32,000 nucleotides of DNA from Bilophila wadsworthia ATCC 49260. GTDB lineage: Bacteria > Desulfobacterota > Desulfovibrionia > Desulfovibrionales > Desulfovibrionaceae. The position numbers and the translations under genes are program-made. Shown here one piece after another: positions 8,555 to 18,131 of the stretch; within the stretch, counting starts at the first letter, position 1, and every line of letters begins with the position of its first letter. The notes below the pieces were generated by a model, which was not told where the DNA came from, searched no databases, and saw only the letters and a program-made list of their open reading frames with translations. The DNA is taken from positions 175,210 to 207,209 of the forward strand of contig NZ_JNJP01000002.1 of assembly GCF_000701705.1 (NCBI RefSeq), written 5' to 3'.

Positions 8555-9589
8555 CTATTCTTTGGTCATTCCGAGCAATTTTTTGATGGAGGCGAGGTTC
8601 TCCCCCTGCCCCAGCAACTCGTCGAGCAGTTCCGACAGCGTCATGCCGCCCCACGAGACGGCCCGTTTCACCAGCCAAGGGGCGGGGCTGTGCGGCTCTG
8701 TGCGCATGAGGTAATCGGCGATGGCGGAAAGGGAGGCATACGCCTGTTCCCGCGAGGAGAACGATGGCGGTGGCGGCGAAGACAAAGAGGCGGGAGAGGA
8801 AGGTGGGGATACGAGGGGATCTGTCCCGGCGGAGGGATGCCACGCGAGCACCCGCGCGTCGATGTGCTCCAGCCTGTCCCGCAAGGCATGAAAGCTTGGC
8901 GCCTGCCCGCCGCAAAGCGCGTCGGCGGCGCGGGCGAGTTCGTCCAGCGCCAGCAGCGCTTCACGCAACTGCCCGTGCAGGGAGGCGTGGAAGGCCGGGG
9001 AAGTCTGTGTCCCGGCAAGGTTCAGCATACGCCGGGCATCGCCAGCTACGCCGTTCTTGCCGTTGCCGTTCTGGATGCGCTCGCGGTGCTCCATCGCCAT
9101 CCAGTCCGCATAGGTGGCGGCAGGGACGTCCGGAGAGGCTTCCGTGATGGGCAGAGAGGCGGCCCGCTCGGCAAGGGTGGAGTCAAGCCATGCCAGCCGC
9201 GCCAGCCGTGCCTCCTGATCGCTTCCTTCCGGCTGCGGGTGCAGCCCGTCCCCAAAGCCGGAACACAATCCGGCGATCATCCTGAGCCCGCCCGGCAGGG
9301 AGGCAAAGCCATACCGCATGAGCGCGGCCTCGCAGGCCCATCCGGCAACCTGCATATCCTTGGAGCGCTCCCGGAGCACCCCGAGGGACAACGACAAGGC
9401 CTTATCCCAGTCTGCCCGCTTGAGTTCCCGTTCCCAGACCCCCTGCGGAAGGCCGGGGTCATCCTCCCGGCGCGCCTCTCTGATGGCGGCGCAAACGGGA
9501 TCATGCGGCAATGCCGGACCGTACGGATCTTCGCCAAACGGATGCAGACATGACGCCCAGTCGACAAAATCTGACTTTGCTCTGGACAT
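8555..9589 (-). CDS. tssA: TssA (ImpA N-terminal domain protein)
   Basis: 344-aa ORF with ImpA_N-like motifs (GEDPYGPALPHDPVCAAIREARREDDPGLPQGVWERELKRADW, RSKDMQVAGWACEAAL). The C-terminal end reads EPHSPAPWLVKRAVSWGGMTLSELL. It is the first gene of the minus-strand operon. Confidence 0.85.
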   Translation of the reverse strand: MSRAKSDFVDWASCLHPFGEDPYGPALPHDPVCAAIREARREDDPGLPQGVWERELKRADWDKALSLSLGVLRERSKDMQVAGWACEAALMRYGFASLPGGLRMIAGLCSGFGDGLHPQPEGSDQEARLARLAWLDSTLAERAASLPITEASPDVPAATYADWMAMEHRERIQNGNGKNGVAGDARRMLNLAGTQTSPAFHASLHGQLREALLALDELARAADALCGGQAPSFHALRDRLEHIDARVLAWHPSAGTDPLVSPPSSPASLSSPPPPSFSSREQAYASLSAIADYLMRTEPHSPAPWLVKRAVSWGGMTLSELLDELLGQGENLASIKKLLGMTKE

Positions 9590-9683
9590 AATAAACCCTT
9601 CGTTATAAATTAGCTTCTAATATAAAGAAAAACATAGAGTCAACACTTTATTCTATTTTTGTCTTTCTCATGGCTATAACAGT
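9590..9683. promoter_or_regulatory. AT-rich divergent intergenic region between tssA (-) and tssJ (+)
   Basis: 94 bp of AT-rich DNA between two divergent start codons in otherwise GC-rich sequence. A TTGACT lies on the minus strand, but no well-spaced -10 could be assigned. The exact promoters are not resolved. Confidence 0.5.
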
Positions 9684-10352
9684 ATGATTCGATTCTTAAA
9701 ATTCCATATTGCCGTCTTATTGGGCGTCATTGCGCTGTGCAGCGGCTGTTCCGCGCCGGAGCCCCCTCCTCCGACGCCGCCCGAAAATGATGTGCCGTGG
9801 GTCTACGAACCCGACGCTGTGGTATTGCGCATCTCCGCCGACGAGCGGCTCAACGAGCATGAGGGCGAACCGTCCAGCCTGATGCTGTGCGTCTACGAAC
9901 TGGCGACCCGAGAGGGAGTGGACAAAAGGCTCGCCAGCCCGGAGGGATTCGCCGAGCTGTTGGCCTGCGGGCGTTTCGACGATTCCGTGGTGACGAGCCG
10001 GAGGCTCTTTTCGGATCCCGGTCAGGCACAAAACCTTTCTCTGGACCGGGAAGAGGGTGTCCGCTGGATCGCGGTGATCGCCGGGTACTTCCACGGGACC
10101 CCCGCCCACAGCGCCCGGGTTGTCGCCGTGCCCGTGCGGAAAATCGTCGAAGGCTGGGTGCCGTTCTTCAAAGACACCCGCCACGAACCAGGACAGACGA
10201 TCATCCCCATACGCCTCGGCCCGGCGGAACTGATGGGAGGGGAACCCCCGCAGGCCCAAGCGGGACGGCAGTCCTCTTCAGCGCTGGCTGAACGTATGCC
10301 ATTAAGGAGGACTCCGCCGAAGGACGGCCAGAAACCTGTGGGCCAAAGTTAG
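9684..10352 (+). CDS. tssJ: TssJ-like outer-membrane lipoprotein
   Basis: 222-aa ORF with a signal peptide and a lipobox-like ALCSG|C. The body is TssJ-like (VLRISADERLNEHEGEPSSLMLCVYELA, WIAVIAGYF). It sits directly upstream of tssK-L-M. A Pro/Gly-rich C-terminal tail makes it longer than usual. Confidence 0.7.
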   Translation: MIRFLKFHIAVLLGVIALCSGCSAPEPPPPTPPENDVPWVYEPDAVVLRISADERLNEHEGEPSSLMLCVYELATREGVDKRLASPEGFAELLACGRFDDSVVTSRRLFSDPGQAQNLSLDREEGVRWIAVIAGYFHGTPAHSARVVAVPVRKIVEGWVPFFKDTRHEPGQTIIPIRLGPAELMGGEPPQAQAGRQSSSALAERMPLRRTPPKDGQKPVGQS

Positions 10353-10355
10353 AGT

Positions 10356-10390
<35 letters not shown>

Positions 10391-10460
10391 GTTTTACCAT
10401 CCGTTTTGATTGACGCGGGTTCCCCGAAGGCACCGCGCAAACCATATTGGGAAGGCCGAC

Positions 10461-11867
10461 ATGCAGCCTCAACGTCCGGTATACTGGTATTCGGGACAAT
10501 TCCTCGAACCGCAGCACTTCCAGCAGGCTGATGCCTTTCATGCCTCGGAACGGGCGTCGCTGCTCCAGTCGGCGCAGCCGTGCTTCTGGGGCGTGGGCAA
10601 CCTGGATGTGGACGAAGCGGCGCTTGCCGAGGGGCGGATTCTCGTCCGCAGCGGGATAATGCGTTTTCAGGATGGCACCGAGGTTGTAATCGCCGCCGTG
10701 CCGGAAGACGGCAACGCCATCCTGCCAAGCCGGGGTTTCCGCGAAGCATGGACGGACCCACATATGCCGTTTACGGTGTTTGCCGGCCTCCCGCCGTTGA
10801 AACCCTATGGCAACGTCGCCGGGATTCCATCGTGCATGCGGGACGGAGGCAGGCTGATCGGATGCGATGCGGACACCTTGCCCGAAGCGCCGGGCCGTTA
10901 TCTTTGTCCGAACAGCGACGACAGCATAGCCGATCGTTACGCCCTGCCCCTTGCCACGGAAAGCCGGAGGGACATGCCCGTGCGCACGCTCTATCTTTAT
11001 CCCCGCCTCTTCTGGGAAAACGAAACCACCGACCGCCCGGATTGGCTGTTTCTGCCGTTGTTGCGCCTCACGGACGAAGGCTCCGGACCGCGCCCTGATC
11101 CCGCCTATGCGCCGCCTTCCCTCTATGTGGAGGCCAACCCCGTGCTGCGCGGGCTCGCGCGCGGACTCGAAGCCCGGCTTGCCGCAGCCATCCGGCGCCT
11201 TGAGCCAGCCCGGCGGCGCGGACTCGATGAGCCCGCAACCTCCAGACAGCTTCTGCTCGTGAATGCGGCGCGGACGCTCTCCGAGCTGCGCCACGCGCTG
11301 GCATGGCCCGGAACCGCCCCCCATGAGCTGTTCGGGCTGCTCCGGAACGGCTTTGCGGCGGCAGCGGCCTGCGTCGGGATTGCAACGGCGGACGCCATGC
11401 CCCTCTACCGCCATGACGATCCGGCTGAAAGTTTCCGCAGCCTCGACAGTCTGTTGCGGGAGATCCTGCGCGGCCTGCTCCCGGAAACGGCGGCGGTGGT
11501 CCGCTTCCGTGCGGACGGCGAATTCCTGCGAGCCGAACTCCCCGAAGGTCTGGGCCGGACACAGGCCCTACTCGTACTCCAAACCGAAGAAACCGTTTCC
11601 TCCTTGCTCAATGAGGGACGCCTTGTGGCCGATGCTCCGGACACCCTCCCCGCCACGCTGGCCCAGGCCATCGCCGGAGTCCCGCTGCGCGAAATCCCCG
11701 CTCCGCCGGGCCTGCCGCAACGGGATGGCATCCACTATCTGGAGCCCGACGCCCGTTCGGAGCGCTGGCAGGCGGCGCTGCGTTCCGGAGCCCTCGGAGT
11801 TGCCCTCTTCCCCCTGTGCGGCCCTGCCCTACCCGGTCACCTTCGCCTGCTTTACTTGAGGAATTAA
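10461..11867 (+). CDS. tssK: TssK baseplate protein
   Basis: The N-terminus MQPQRPVYWYSGQFLEPQHFQQADAF matches the TssK signature (W.EGMFL.PQHFQQ). The start was chosen at the ATG at 10461, which has GGGAAGG upstream. The track's 10410 start adds 17 implausible residues. Confidence 0.85.
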   Translation: MQPQRPVYWYSGQFLEPQHFQQADAFHASERASLLQSAQPCFWGVGNLDVDEAALAEGRILVRSGIMRFQDGTEVVIAAVPEDGNAILPSRGFREAWTDPHMPFTVFAGLPPLKPYGNVAGIPSCMRDGGRLIGCDADTLPEAPGRYLCPNSDDSIADRYALPLATESRRDMPVRTLYLYPRLFWENETTDRPDWLFLPLLRLTDEGSGPRPDPAYAPPSLYVEANPVLRGLARGLEARLAAAIRRLEPARRRGLDEPATSRQLLLVNAARTLSELRHALAWPGTAPHELFGLLRNGFAAAAACVGIATADAMPLYRHDDPAESFRSLDSLLREILRGLLPETAAVVRFRADGEFLRAELPEGLGRTQALLVLQTEETVSSLLNEGRLVADAPDTLPATLAQAIAGVPLREIPAPPGLPQRDGIHYLEPDARSERWQAALRSGALGVALFPLCGPALPGHLRLLYLRN

Positions 11868-11870
11868 ACC

Positions 11871-12743
11871 ATGCTGCGCGACTGCTTCGGCCCGTGTTTC
11901 CGCCTGATGCTCCGTTTGCCGGATAGCCCGCCAACCGGAAGGACGGACGTGCGCCGGGAGGCGGAACGGCTGCTTGAAGAGGCTGGGCGTCTTGCGCTGC
12001 ACGGGCGCGAAGCGGCGACAGTGGAAACGGCCCGGCGCATGGTCGAAGCCTGGATGGACGAAACCGCCCTTGGCATCGCATGGGAAGGCCGCGCCGCCTG
12101 GCTAGGCAATCCACTCCAACGCCGCTGGAGGACGGGACGGAGCGGCGGGGACTGGTTTTTCGACGAAATCCGCCGCCTGTCTCCGCACAGAGCCGAAGAT
12201 GCCGAGCTGGCCGAGGTCGCCCTGCGTTGCCTCGGATTCGGATTCCGAGGACATTTTTATAACGATCCCAATGGGCTCGGCCTCGAGCACCGAGCGCTTG
12301 CCGAGCGGTTCGGCTGTACGGCGGTTCCGCTTCCTTTCCCACCCGCTCCATATCTGCCAAGGGAAAACCGCCTGTTCCGGCATGTCGGGCCTCTGCTGAC
12401 GGGGCTTTTCGCCGTATTGCTGCTGATCTTTTGGGGCATATGGCAACATCGGCTGAACCGGGAGTATACCGGGAGCCCACAAGTTCCCGCCGTGAGTGCG
12501 GTACATCCCGCAAGCGATAGCCCGCGAACGGGCGGCGCGCGATCCGCCGTATCGCTTTCGTCCCGACCCAGCACCATTATACAAAAAGGACGGGAGGCTG
12601 TCGGCTCAAAGAAACAACCCATTCCCGACGTGTACGGGGAGTTGCGGAATCGTCTGGCAGGGCGGACGCCGGCCCCCGCGTCGCATGACCCCGGACACCC
12701 CGGTGCGAACAACCGTAACACAACGCCGGGGAGGTCTTCATGA
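11871..12743 (+). CDS. tssL: TssL (DotU/ImpK family) membrane-complex protein
   Basis: DotU-like cytoplasmic domain (WFFDEIRRL, ELAEVALRCLGFGFRGHFY) followed by one TM helix (LLTGLFAVLLLIFWGIW). The tail of about 100 aa is low-complexity, and no OmpA/peptidoglycan-binding domain is seen. The stop overlaps the tssM ATG as ATGA. Confidence 0.75.
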   Translation: MLRDCFGPCFRLMLRLPDSPPTGRTDVRREAERLLEEAGRLALHGREAATVETARRMVEAWMDETALGIAWEGRAAWLGNPLQRRWRTGRSGGDWFFDEIRRLSPHRAEDAELAEVALRCLGFGFRGHFYNDPNGLGLEHRALAERFGCTAVPLPFPPAPYLPRENRLFRHVGPLLTGLFAVLLLIFWGIWQHRLNREYTGSPQVPAVSAVHPASDSPRTGGARSAVSLSSRPSTIIQKGREAVGSKKQPIPDVYGELRNRLAGRTPAPASHDPGHPGANNRNTTPGRSS

Positions 12744-15700
12744 GTCCGTGGAAAGTCCTTGGCTGGCTGCTTGTGGCCTTGCTTTGTCTGTTGCTGACGG
12801 CGGGCGCGTACGGCTTGGCGCTCCTGTGGGGCTGGTCCCTCCCGTCCGTCTGGTGGCTGGCGGCCATTGCCGGGGCCGGGGCGGGCGTGGCGCTGATCAT
12901 TTTTCTGTTCCGCACAATACGCGACGATACGCATGAACCCGCCGCTCCCCTGCCCGTGGAGCTGCCTTCGGAGCGCCTCCCCCGCTGGCTCCTGCTCGAC
13001 GGCGGGGGATTGTTTCCGCACTTGCCCGGCATTTTGGAAAGCGCGGGCCGCCCGCTTCTTTCCGATGGCGCAGCGGAAAACGCGGGATCTGTCGGATTAT
13101 GGAGCACGGCGCACGCCCATTGGATCGCCGTTGATTTTTCCGCGCCGCACCTGTCCGGCGAACGTAAAGGCGACGGAGGCGAAGGCAACACGCCCGACAA
13201 GGCTCCTTCCCTTCCGATGTGGGATCAACTCCTCGACGACAAGGCCGTACGCCGTTGGCTGTCCCCGCCCGCGGGAGTCGTCCTGTGCATCGGCGCGGAG
13301 AGCCTCTCCGGGCACGGGGACGATACCGCCGCCTTCATGCGCCAGCGGCTGCTGACCGTCCGGAATCGGCTCGGCAACGCGCCCGTGTGCCTTCTCGTCA
13401 CCGGGCTTGAGCACGCTCCCGGCCTGTCGCGCCTCGCACGGCATTTTACGGCGGAAATCAGCATCGGGCGCAATGCGCTGCACGCGCCGCTCGGATGGTT
13501 CATGCCCGTCCGCAGACCGTGGACGCCCATGCCCCGATGGGCCGCTGACGGCGTACGGGAAGGCATGAACAGCCTCACCGCCGCGCTGGACAGCCTTGTC
13601 CGATGTTCCGAATCCGGAATCCCCGCGCCGGGCGGTCCCGCATTCCTTCTCGAAGGAGCCCTCCGCCAGCTTGCCTCTCCGTTGGCCTCGTTCGCGGCGG
13701 GCCTCGGGGACGGGCTCGGCGGCATTTTCTGGGCCGCATCGCCTCCCGCGCCCTCTGCCTTTCAACAGGCTACGCGCCTTTCCCCGGTTATGAAGGATGC
13801 CCCCCCTACCGCTCTCCGCTCCTCGGCATCCGCATCCTTTTCGGTTCCCGGCGGCGCACCTCTTGCAACTTCTCGGGCCAGCCAACCCTCCGCGACCGTT
13901 CCAGCCGGCTCCCGGTTCACGCCCTCATCCGGGATTGCGGCACATCCCCTGTTCGTACGGGAGCTCCTCCTCGAAACATTGCCAGCCTCTGCCCTTCCAG
14001 CCACCGGACGGCGGGCACGGCAGCGGGCCGTCTGCTGGACCGCCGCAATCCTCTTTGCCGTCACCGCCGGGGTTGCGCTGTACCGTGGCGGGGAACGTTC
14101 CCAAACCCTTCTGCCGGACATGATCCGGTTTGAGGACCACCTTCCCCGAGCCGCTTCCATAGCGGAACTCGACGGCCTGATCGCCGAGTTCCACAAACTG
14201 GAACGCGGCTGCTCCGGGACCGTCCGGCTCTACGGCGCCCCCAAAAAACGGCTCGAACGGCTCCGTGCCGCACTCCGCGAACGCCTCACCGCATCCCTGC
14301 CGGAATCCGGTGATACCGACCGCTGGATCAACGATCTGATGATCTGGGCGGCGGCCCGGCCCGGCGTGGAGACGCTCCGGTTCCGGGCCCCGGACGGAAC
14401 CGTCCTTGCCAGCGTCGATGGCGCCGCGACAGCCTCGGGGCGGAAGGCGGCGGCCCGGTTCCTCGACAACGTGTCCGCATTCGCCTCCCAATCAAACATC
14501 TTGCCAGAACAGGATACGCCGCAGCACACCGGGGCCTCGGACTCGATCACGGAGCGCGTGGAGGCGCTGCGTCTGCGTTACCGCGCCTCGACATTCGCGG
14601 CATGGCATGCGGCGGGGCAGTGCCTGCTGGACGCCGTGCAAGCCCCGGGCATAGAGCCCCGGACGCTGCTGCCGACGCGCCATGTCCCACTGACGCCGCG
14701 CGATCTGCTTGGTCCGAACGATCCCTGCTCCGCCTTCCTTGCCGCAGCCGAACGCGAACTGCGTTCCGCCGAGGGCCCGTTGCCCGTATGGGTAGCCTCA
14801 TTGCGGGATATGCGCTCTGTCCGGCTGCTTACGCGGCTGCCCGGAAACGGAACCCCGCTGTCCGAAACGGCGGAACTCCTCGGGGAGCCTTCCGAAGGCG
14901 CCCGCCAAACACTCGGCAATCTGGAAACACTGTTCCGGGCCCGCACCGCGTGGACGGACTACCGCAGCGCCCTTGCCGCACTGTCCTCCGAAACGGGAAC
15001 CTCCGACGGCCTCGTACGGCTGGCGCGCTCCTTATACGGCGGGGAACTGAACGGCGCCCTCCGGGCCGCCGACGACGCATGGCAAGGGCTGGCCGCCGCC
15101 CTCAAAGCACGAAACCCGGACCTGCGAAACGATCCGCTGCCCCTCTCGCTCATGCGCGCACCGTTGCTGTTCGCCGCCGGAACCGCCACAGCCGAAGCCG
15201 CCCGCAATCTTCAGCAGCGCTGGTCAACCGAAGTGGTCGGCCCTGTGGAAGGGTTACAGGACGAAGCGCTCCAACAGGCCCTCATCGGCGAGGGCGGCCT
15301 CCTATGGACATTCGTGGCGGACGCGGCGCAACCTTTCCTGCGCCCCGCAGCCTCGGGATATGCGCCGGCCTCAGCCCTCGGGATGCGCTTTCCCCTTTCC
15401 CCGGCTTTCCTCAGCCTGCTTTCCGAAACGCCGCAACACATCGCGGTCTATCCGGCATCCTACCCTGTGCGGGTGGGGTTCTCACCAGTCACGGTCAACC
15501 CAAAAGCACGGGCCTATCCCCGTGGCCTGTCCTTGCGCATGGATTGCGGCGGCGAACCTCTCCGGGCGGATGCCTACAATTACCAAGGAACCGCCCTGTT
15601 CGACTGGTCGCCGGAACAATGCGGCAACCTGACATTGGCGATCCTGTTTGACGGCTTCACGGCGGAGAAGGTCTATGACAGCCCGCTTGGATTTGCGCAC

Positions 15701-15895
15701 TTCGTGGATCAGGCAGCCGCCGGAATCATGGAATTTACGCCAAGCGATTTTCCTACTGTCCAGCAACAACTGGAAAATCTTGGCATCACCCGGCTGCGGA
15801 CACGTTTCCGCATCGAAGGCGGCGAAGCCGTACGCGAACGGCTTCATGCGCTGCCTTCCGCTTTGATACGCAGTATACTGCATATAGAAAAATAA
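12740..15895 (+). CDS. tssM: TssM (IcmF family) membrane-complex protein with a degenerate NTPase motif
   Basis: 1051-aa ORF. It has two N-terminal TM helices, a cytoplasmic domain, and a third TM helix at about residue 430. A large periplasmic region ends in an IcmF-C-like segment. Where TssM usually carries PWYLxxGxxGSGKT, this protein reads PRWLLLDGGGLFPHLPG. Confidence 0.8.
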   Translation: MSPWKVLGWLLVALLCLLLTAGAYGLALLWGWSLPSVWWLAAIAGAGAGVALIIFLFRTIRDDTHEPAAPLPVELPSERLPRWLLLDGGGLFPHLPGILESAGRPLLSDGAAENAGSVGLWSTAHAHWIAVDFSAPHLSGERKGDGGEGNTPDKAPSLPMWDQLLDDKAVRRWLSPPAGVVLCIGAESLSGHGDDTAAFMRQRLLTVRNRLGNAPVCLLVTGLEHAPGLSRLARHFTAEISIGRNALHAPLGWFMPVRRPWTPMPRWAADGVREGMNSLTAALDSLVRCSESGIPAPGGPAFLLEGALRQLASPLASFAAGLGDGLGGIFWAASPPAPSAFQQATRLSPVMKDAPPTALRSSASASFSVPGGAPLATSRASQPSATVPAGSRFTPSSGIAAHPLFVRELLLETLPASALPATGRRARQRAVCWTAAILFAVTAGVALYRGGERSQTLLPDMIRFEDHLPRAASIAELDGLIAEFHKLERGCSGTVRLYGAPKKRLERLRAALRERLTASLPESGDTDRWINDLMIWAAARPGVETLRFRAPDGTVLASVDGAATASGRKAAARFLDNVSAFASQSNILPEQDTPQHTGASDSITERVEALRLRYRASTFAAWHAAGQCLLDAVQAPGIEPRTLLPTRHVPLTPRDLLGPNDPCSAFLAAAERELRSAEGPLPVWVASLRDMRSVRLLTRLPGNGTPLSETAELLGEPSEGARQTLGNLETLFRARTAWTDYRSALAALSSETGTSDGLVRLARSLYGGELNGALRAADDAWQGLAAALKARNPDLRNDPLPLSLMRAPLLFAAGTATAEAARNLQQRWSTEVVGPVEGLQDEALQQALIGEGGLLWTFVADAAQPFLRPAASGYAPASALGMRFPLSPAFLSLLSETPQHIAVYPASYPVRVGFSPVTVNPKARAYPRGLSLRMDCGGEPLRADAYNYQGTALFDWSPEQCGNLTLAILFDGFTAEKVYDSPLGFAHFVDQAAAGIMEFTPSDFPTVQQQLENLGITRLRTRFRIEGGEAVRERLHALPSALIRSILHIEK

Positions 15896-16054
15896 GTGCC
15901 CCATACAGAGCCATACCGACTACAACCTTCCCTGCCACACAGCCCATCCGCTGAACAAAATAGCGCGGGTACGCTTTGAAACGGCAGAGGAACATTGATG
16001 AAGAGTTTCCACATCCCGCTCAGACGAAGCCGCCATTTCCAAAACAGAACAGCA

Positions 16055-16097
16055 AACAAAAAGGCCGGAGAACTGCTTCTCCGGCCTTTCCTTCTTT
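16055..16097. terminator. Bidirectional intrinsic terminator between the convergent tssM and GGDEF genes
   Basis: Perfect 10-bp stem, GGCCGGAGAA (16063-16072) and TTCTCCGGCC (16077-16086), with a 4-nt loop. An A-run flanks it on the left and TTTCCTTCTTT on the right, giving a U-rich tail in both orientations. Confidence 0.8.
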
Positions 16098-16209
16098 GCA
16101 TAAGGAAGCTTTCTAGAGGCCATTCATAAATCGTCCATTGGAATGGTTGATGAGGATTCGTTCGCCGAAAAATGGAGTTTTCAGCCCATTTCCGAAGGCT
16201 TCTACGCAA

Positions 16210-17511
16210 TTATTCCAGCACGGTTCCGTTCCGGCCTTGCTGCTTGACCTGGTAGAGGGCCTTGTCCGCCTTGCTGTAGAGATCCGCAAGCGAGGATGGG
16301 CCGTTTCCGAACGCGCCGCCAATGCTCAGGGTCACGGACAAAGGCTCTTCTCCCGCACGGCAATCAAGCAACCGGGCGCGCAGGGCATCCAACCTTTCAC
16401 GCACGATTTCGCGAGATCTGACGCCGCGAAGAAAAATCACAAACTCGTCCCCACCCCAACGGCAGAGCACATCGCCGGACCGGAAGGATTTCCGCATGGA
16501 ACTGCCCATGTATTGCAGGACCGAGTCCCCCGCGAGGTGCCCGAAGCGATCGTTCACGCTCTTGAAATAGTCGATGTCGAGCAACAGAAAACAATAGCTG
16601 GAGGAAGCCCCCACCAAATCCAAATGCTCGGAAATGAGCTTTTCCGCCGCAGCCCGGTTGAGCAACCCGGTAAGCTTGTCGTGGCGGCTGGTGAGCATGA
16701 GCTGGCGGTTCGCTTCCTCAATCTTGCGGATGGAGGTCATGTCCTGTGCGAAGAGCAGCACGTATTCGCCCCGCAGATCAAGAGTATCCTTGACCAGGGT
16801 GCTCCTGATGAGCAGCTCGTGCCGGCCGTCCTCATAGATGACATTGCAGAACATGGAGACGGTCCCGCCACCGTTCTCCCTGATACGCGCCACCAGGTTA
16901 TCAAGGGCAAAATACTGTATGTAGTTTTCCCGCTCCTCCGGGACGACCACATTTTCCGCAAACCAGAGAATCTGTTCCTTGAAGGTCTGCTGCGGCAGCA
17001 TCTCCCCGTTGCCCGCGCCGATGACGGTTGTGCTCATGCCTGTCCGAACATCCACAGTCATGAAATTCTCGCACAGGTTGGACACAATAAAATTGATGCA
17101 GCTGTTCTTGAGCGCAAGGATGTTGGCGTCGCGGATTTGTTCCATCACCTCATCGGTTTCATCCCGCAACGCCGCAAGAATATGCTTTTCGTCACCCGGC
17201 AGAAATTTGAGGTTCCGGCACAGACAAATCCCGTCGTCGCGCCGGATGCGGTACTGGACAACGGCCTTCTCCACCGAATCGACCAGCTTCAAAATGCGAT
17301 CACGCTCCGTATGGCGCCGGAAGAACTCGCGCTCCTCTGGCAATACGTACTTTGCAAGAACCTCCATGCCCTCTTCATACGTCCCTTCGGAGGGGACCAC
17401 ATTGAACAATTTCTTACTCAGCACGAGCGTATGGTACTGCCCATTCTCACGATTGAAAACGAAGACGGCATCATAATCGCGGAGCAACAGAGACTTGGAA
17501 AAATCTTCCAT
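16210..17511 (-). CDS. Diguanylate cyclase: two PAS-like sensory modules plus a GGDEF domain
   Basis: 433-aa ORF containing RHDKLTGLLNR, LLLDIDYFKSVND and an intact GGDEF motif (nt 16441-16455). An RSGD I-site (RxxD) lies five residues upstream of GGDEF (nt 16471-16482). The N-terminal ~260 aa have no TM helix and contain two PAS-like segments (YRIRRDDGICLCRNLKFLP, and VIYEDGRHELLIRSTLV...LLFAQDMTSIRK). Confidence 0.93.
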   Translation of the reverse strand: MEDFSKSLLLRDYDAVFVFNRENGQYHTLVLSKKLFNVVPSEGTYEEGMEVLAKYVLPEEREFFRRHTERDRILKLVDSVEKAVVQYRIRRDDGICLCRNLKFLPGDEKHILAALRDETDEVMEQIRDANILALKNSCINFIVSNLCENFMTVDVRTGMSTTVIGAGNGEMLPQQTFKEQILWFAENVVVPEERENYIQYFALDNLVARIRENGGGTVSMFCNVIYEDGRHELLIRSTLVKDTLDLRGEYVLLFAQDMTSIRKIEEANRQLMLTSRHDKLTGLLNRAAAEKLISEHLDLVGASSSYCFLLLDIDYFKSVNDRFGHLAGDSVLQYMGSSMRKSFRSGDVLCRWGGDEFVIFLRGVRSREIVRERLDALRARLLDCRAGEEPLSVTLSIGGAFGNGPSSLADLYSKADKALYQVKQQGRNGTVLE

Positions 17512-17632
17512 AAAAAAACACCTTGCCCGGCAACCTCAACCAAACATCTTTGGCGGGACACAACCGGGCGCAAATGGGGAAATATGCCTCCCTCCATCCC
17601 AAAGTTCCAACCTGACGTCAAGGGATAGCGCG

Positions 17633-18131
<499 letters not shown>

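Noticed and set aside
10410-10460. Track-suggested 5' extensions of real genes: tssK 10410, tssF 5112, MT2-Trx 18087, CobW-like 19557 (TTG), DUF1638 21336, mtbA 25892, cbiK 28017 (TTG) and cbiL 29056
   Set aside because: In each case an internal ATG with a good Shine-Dalgarno sequence coincides with the conserved family N-terminus. The extension runs through intergenic repeats, hairpins or the riboswitch.
15786-16209. Small minus-strand ORFs (69 and 121 aa) downstream of tssM, one with a hydrophobic stretch
   Set aside because: They overlap the tssM 3' end or span the bidirectional terminator, and they have no RBS and no recognisable motif.
16138-17628. 496-aa plus-strand ORF
   Set aside because: It is antisense to the GGDEF gene, which has unambiguous catalytic motifs. 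The plus-strand product has no recognisable motif.
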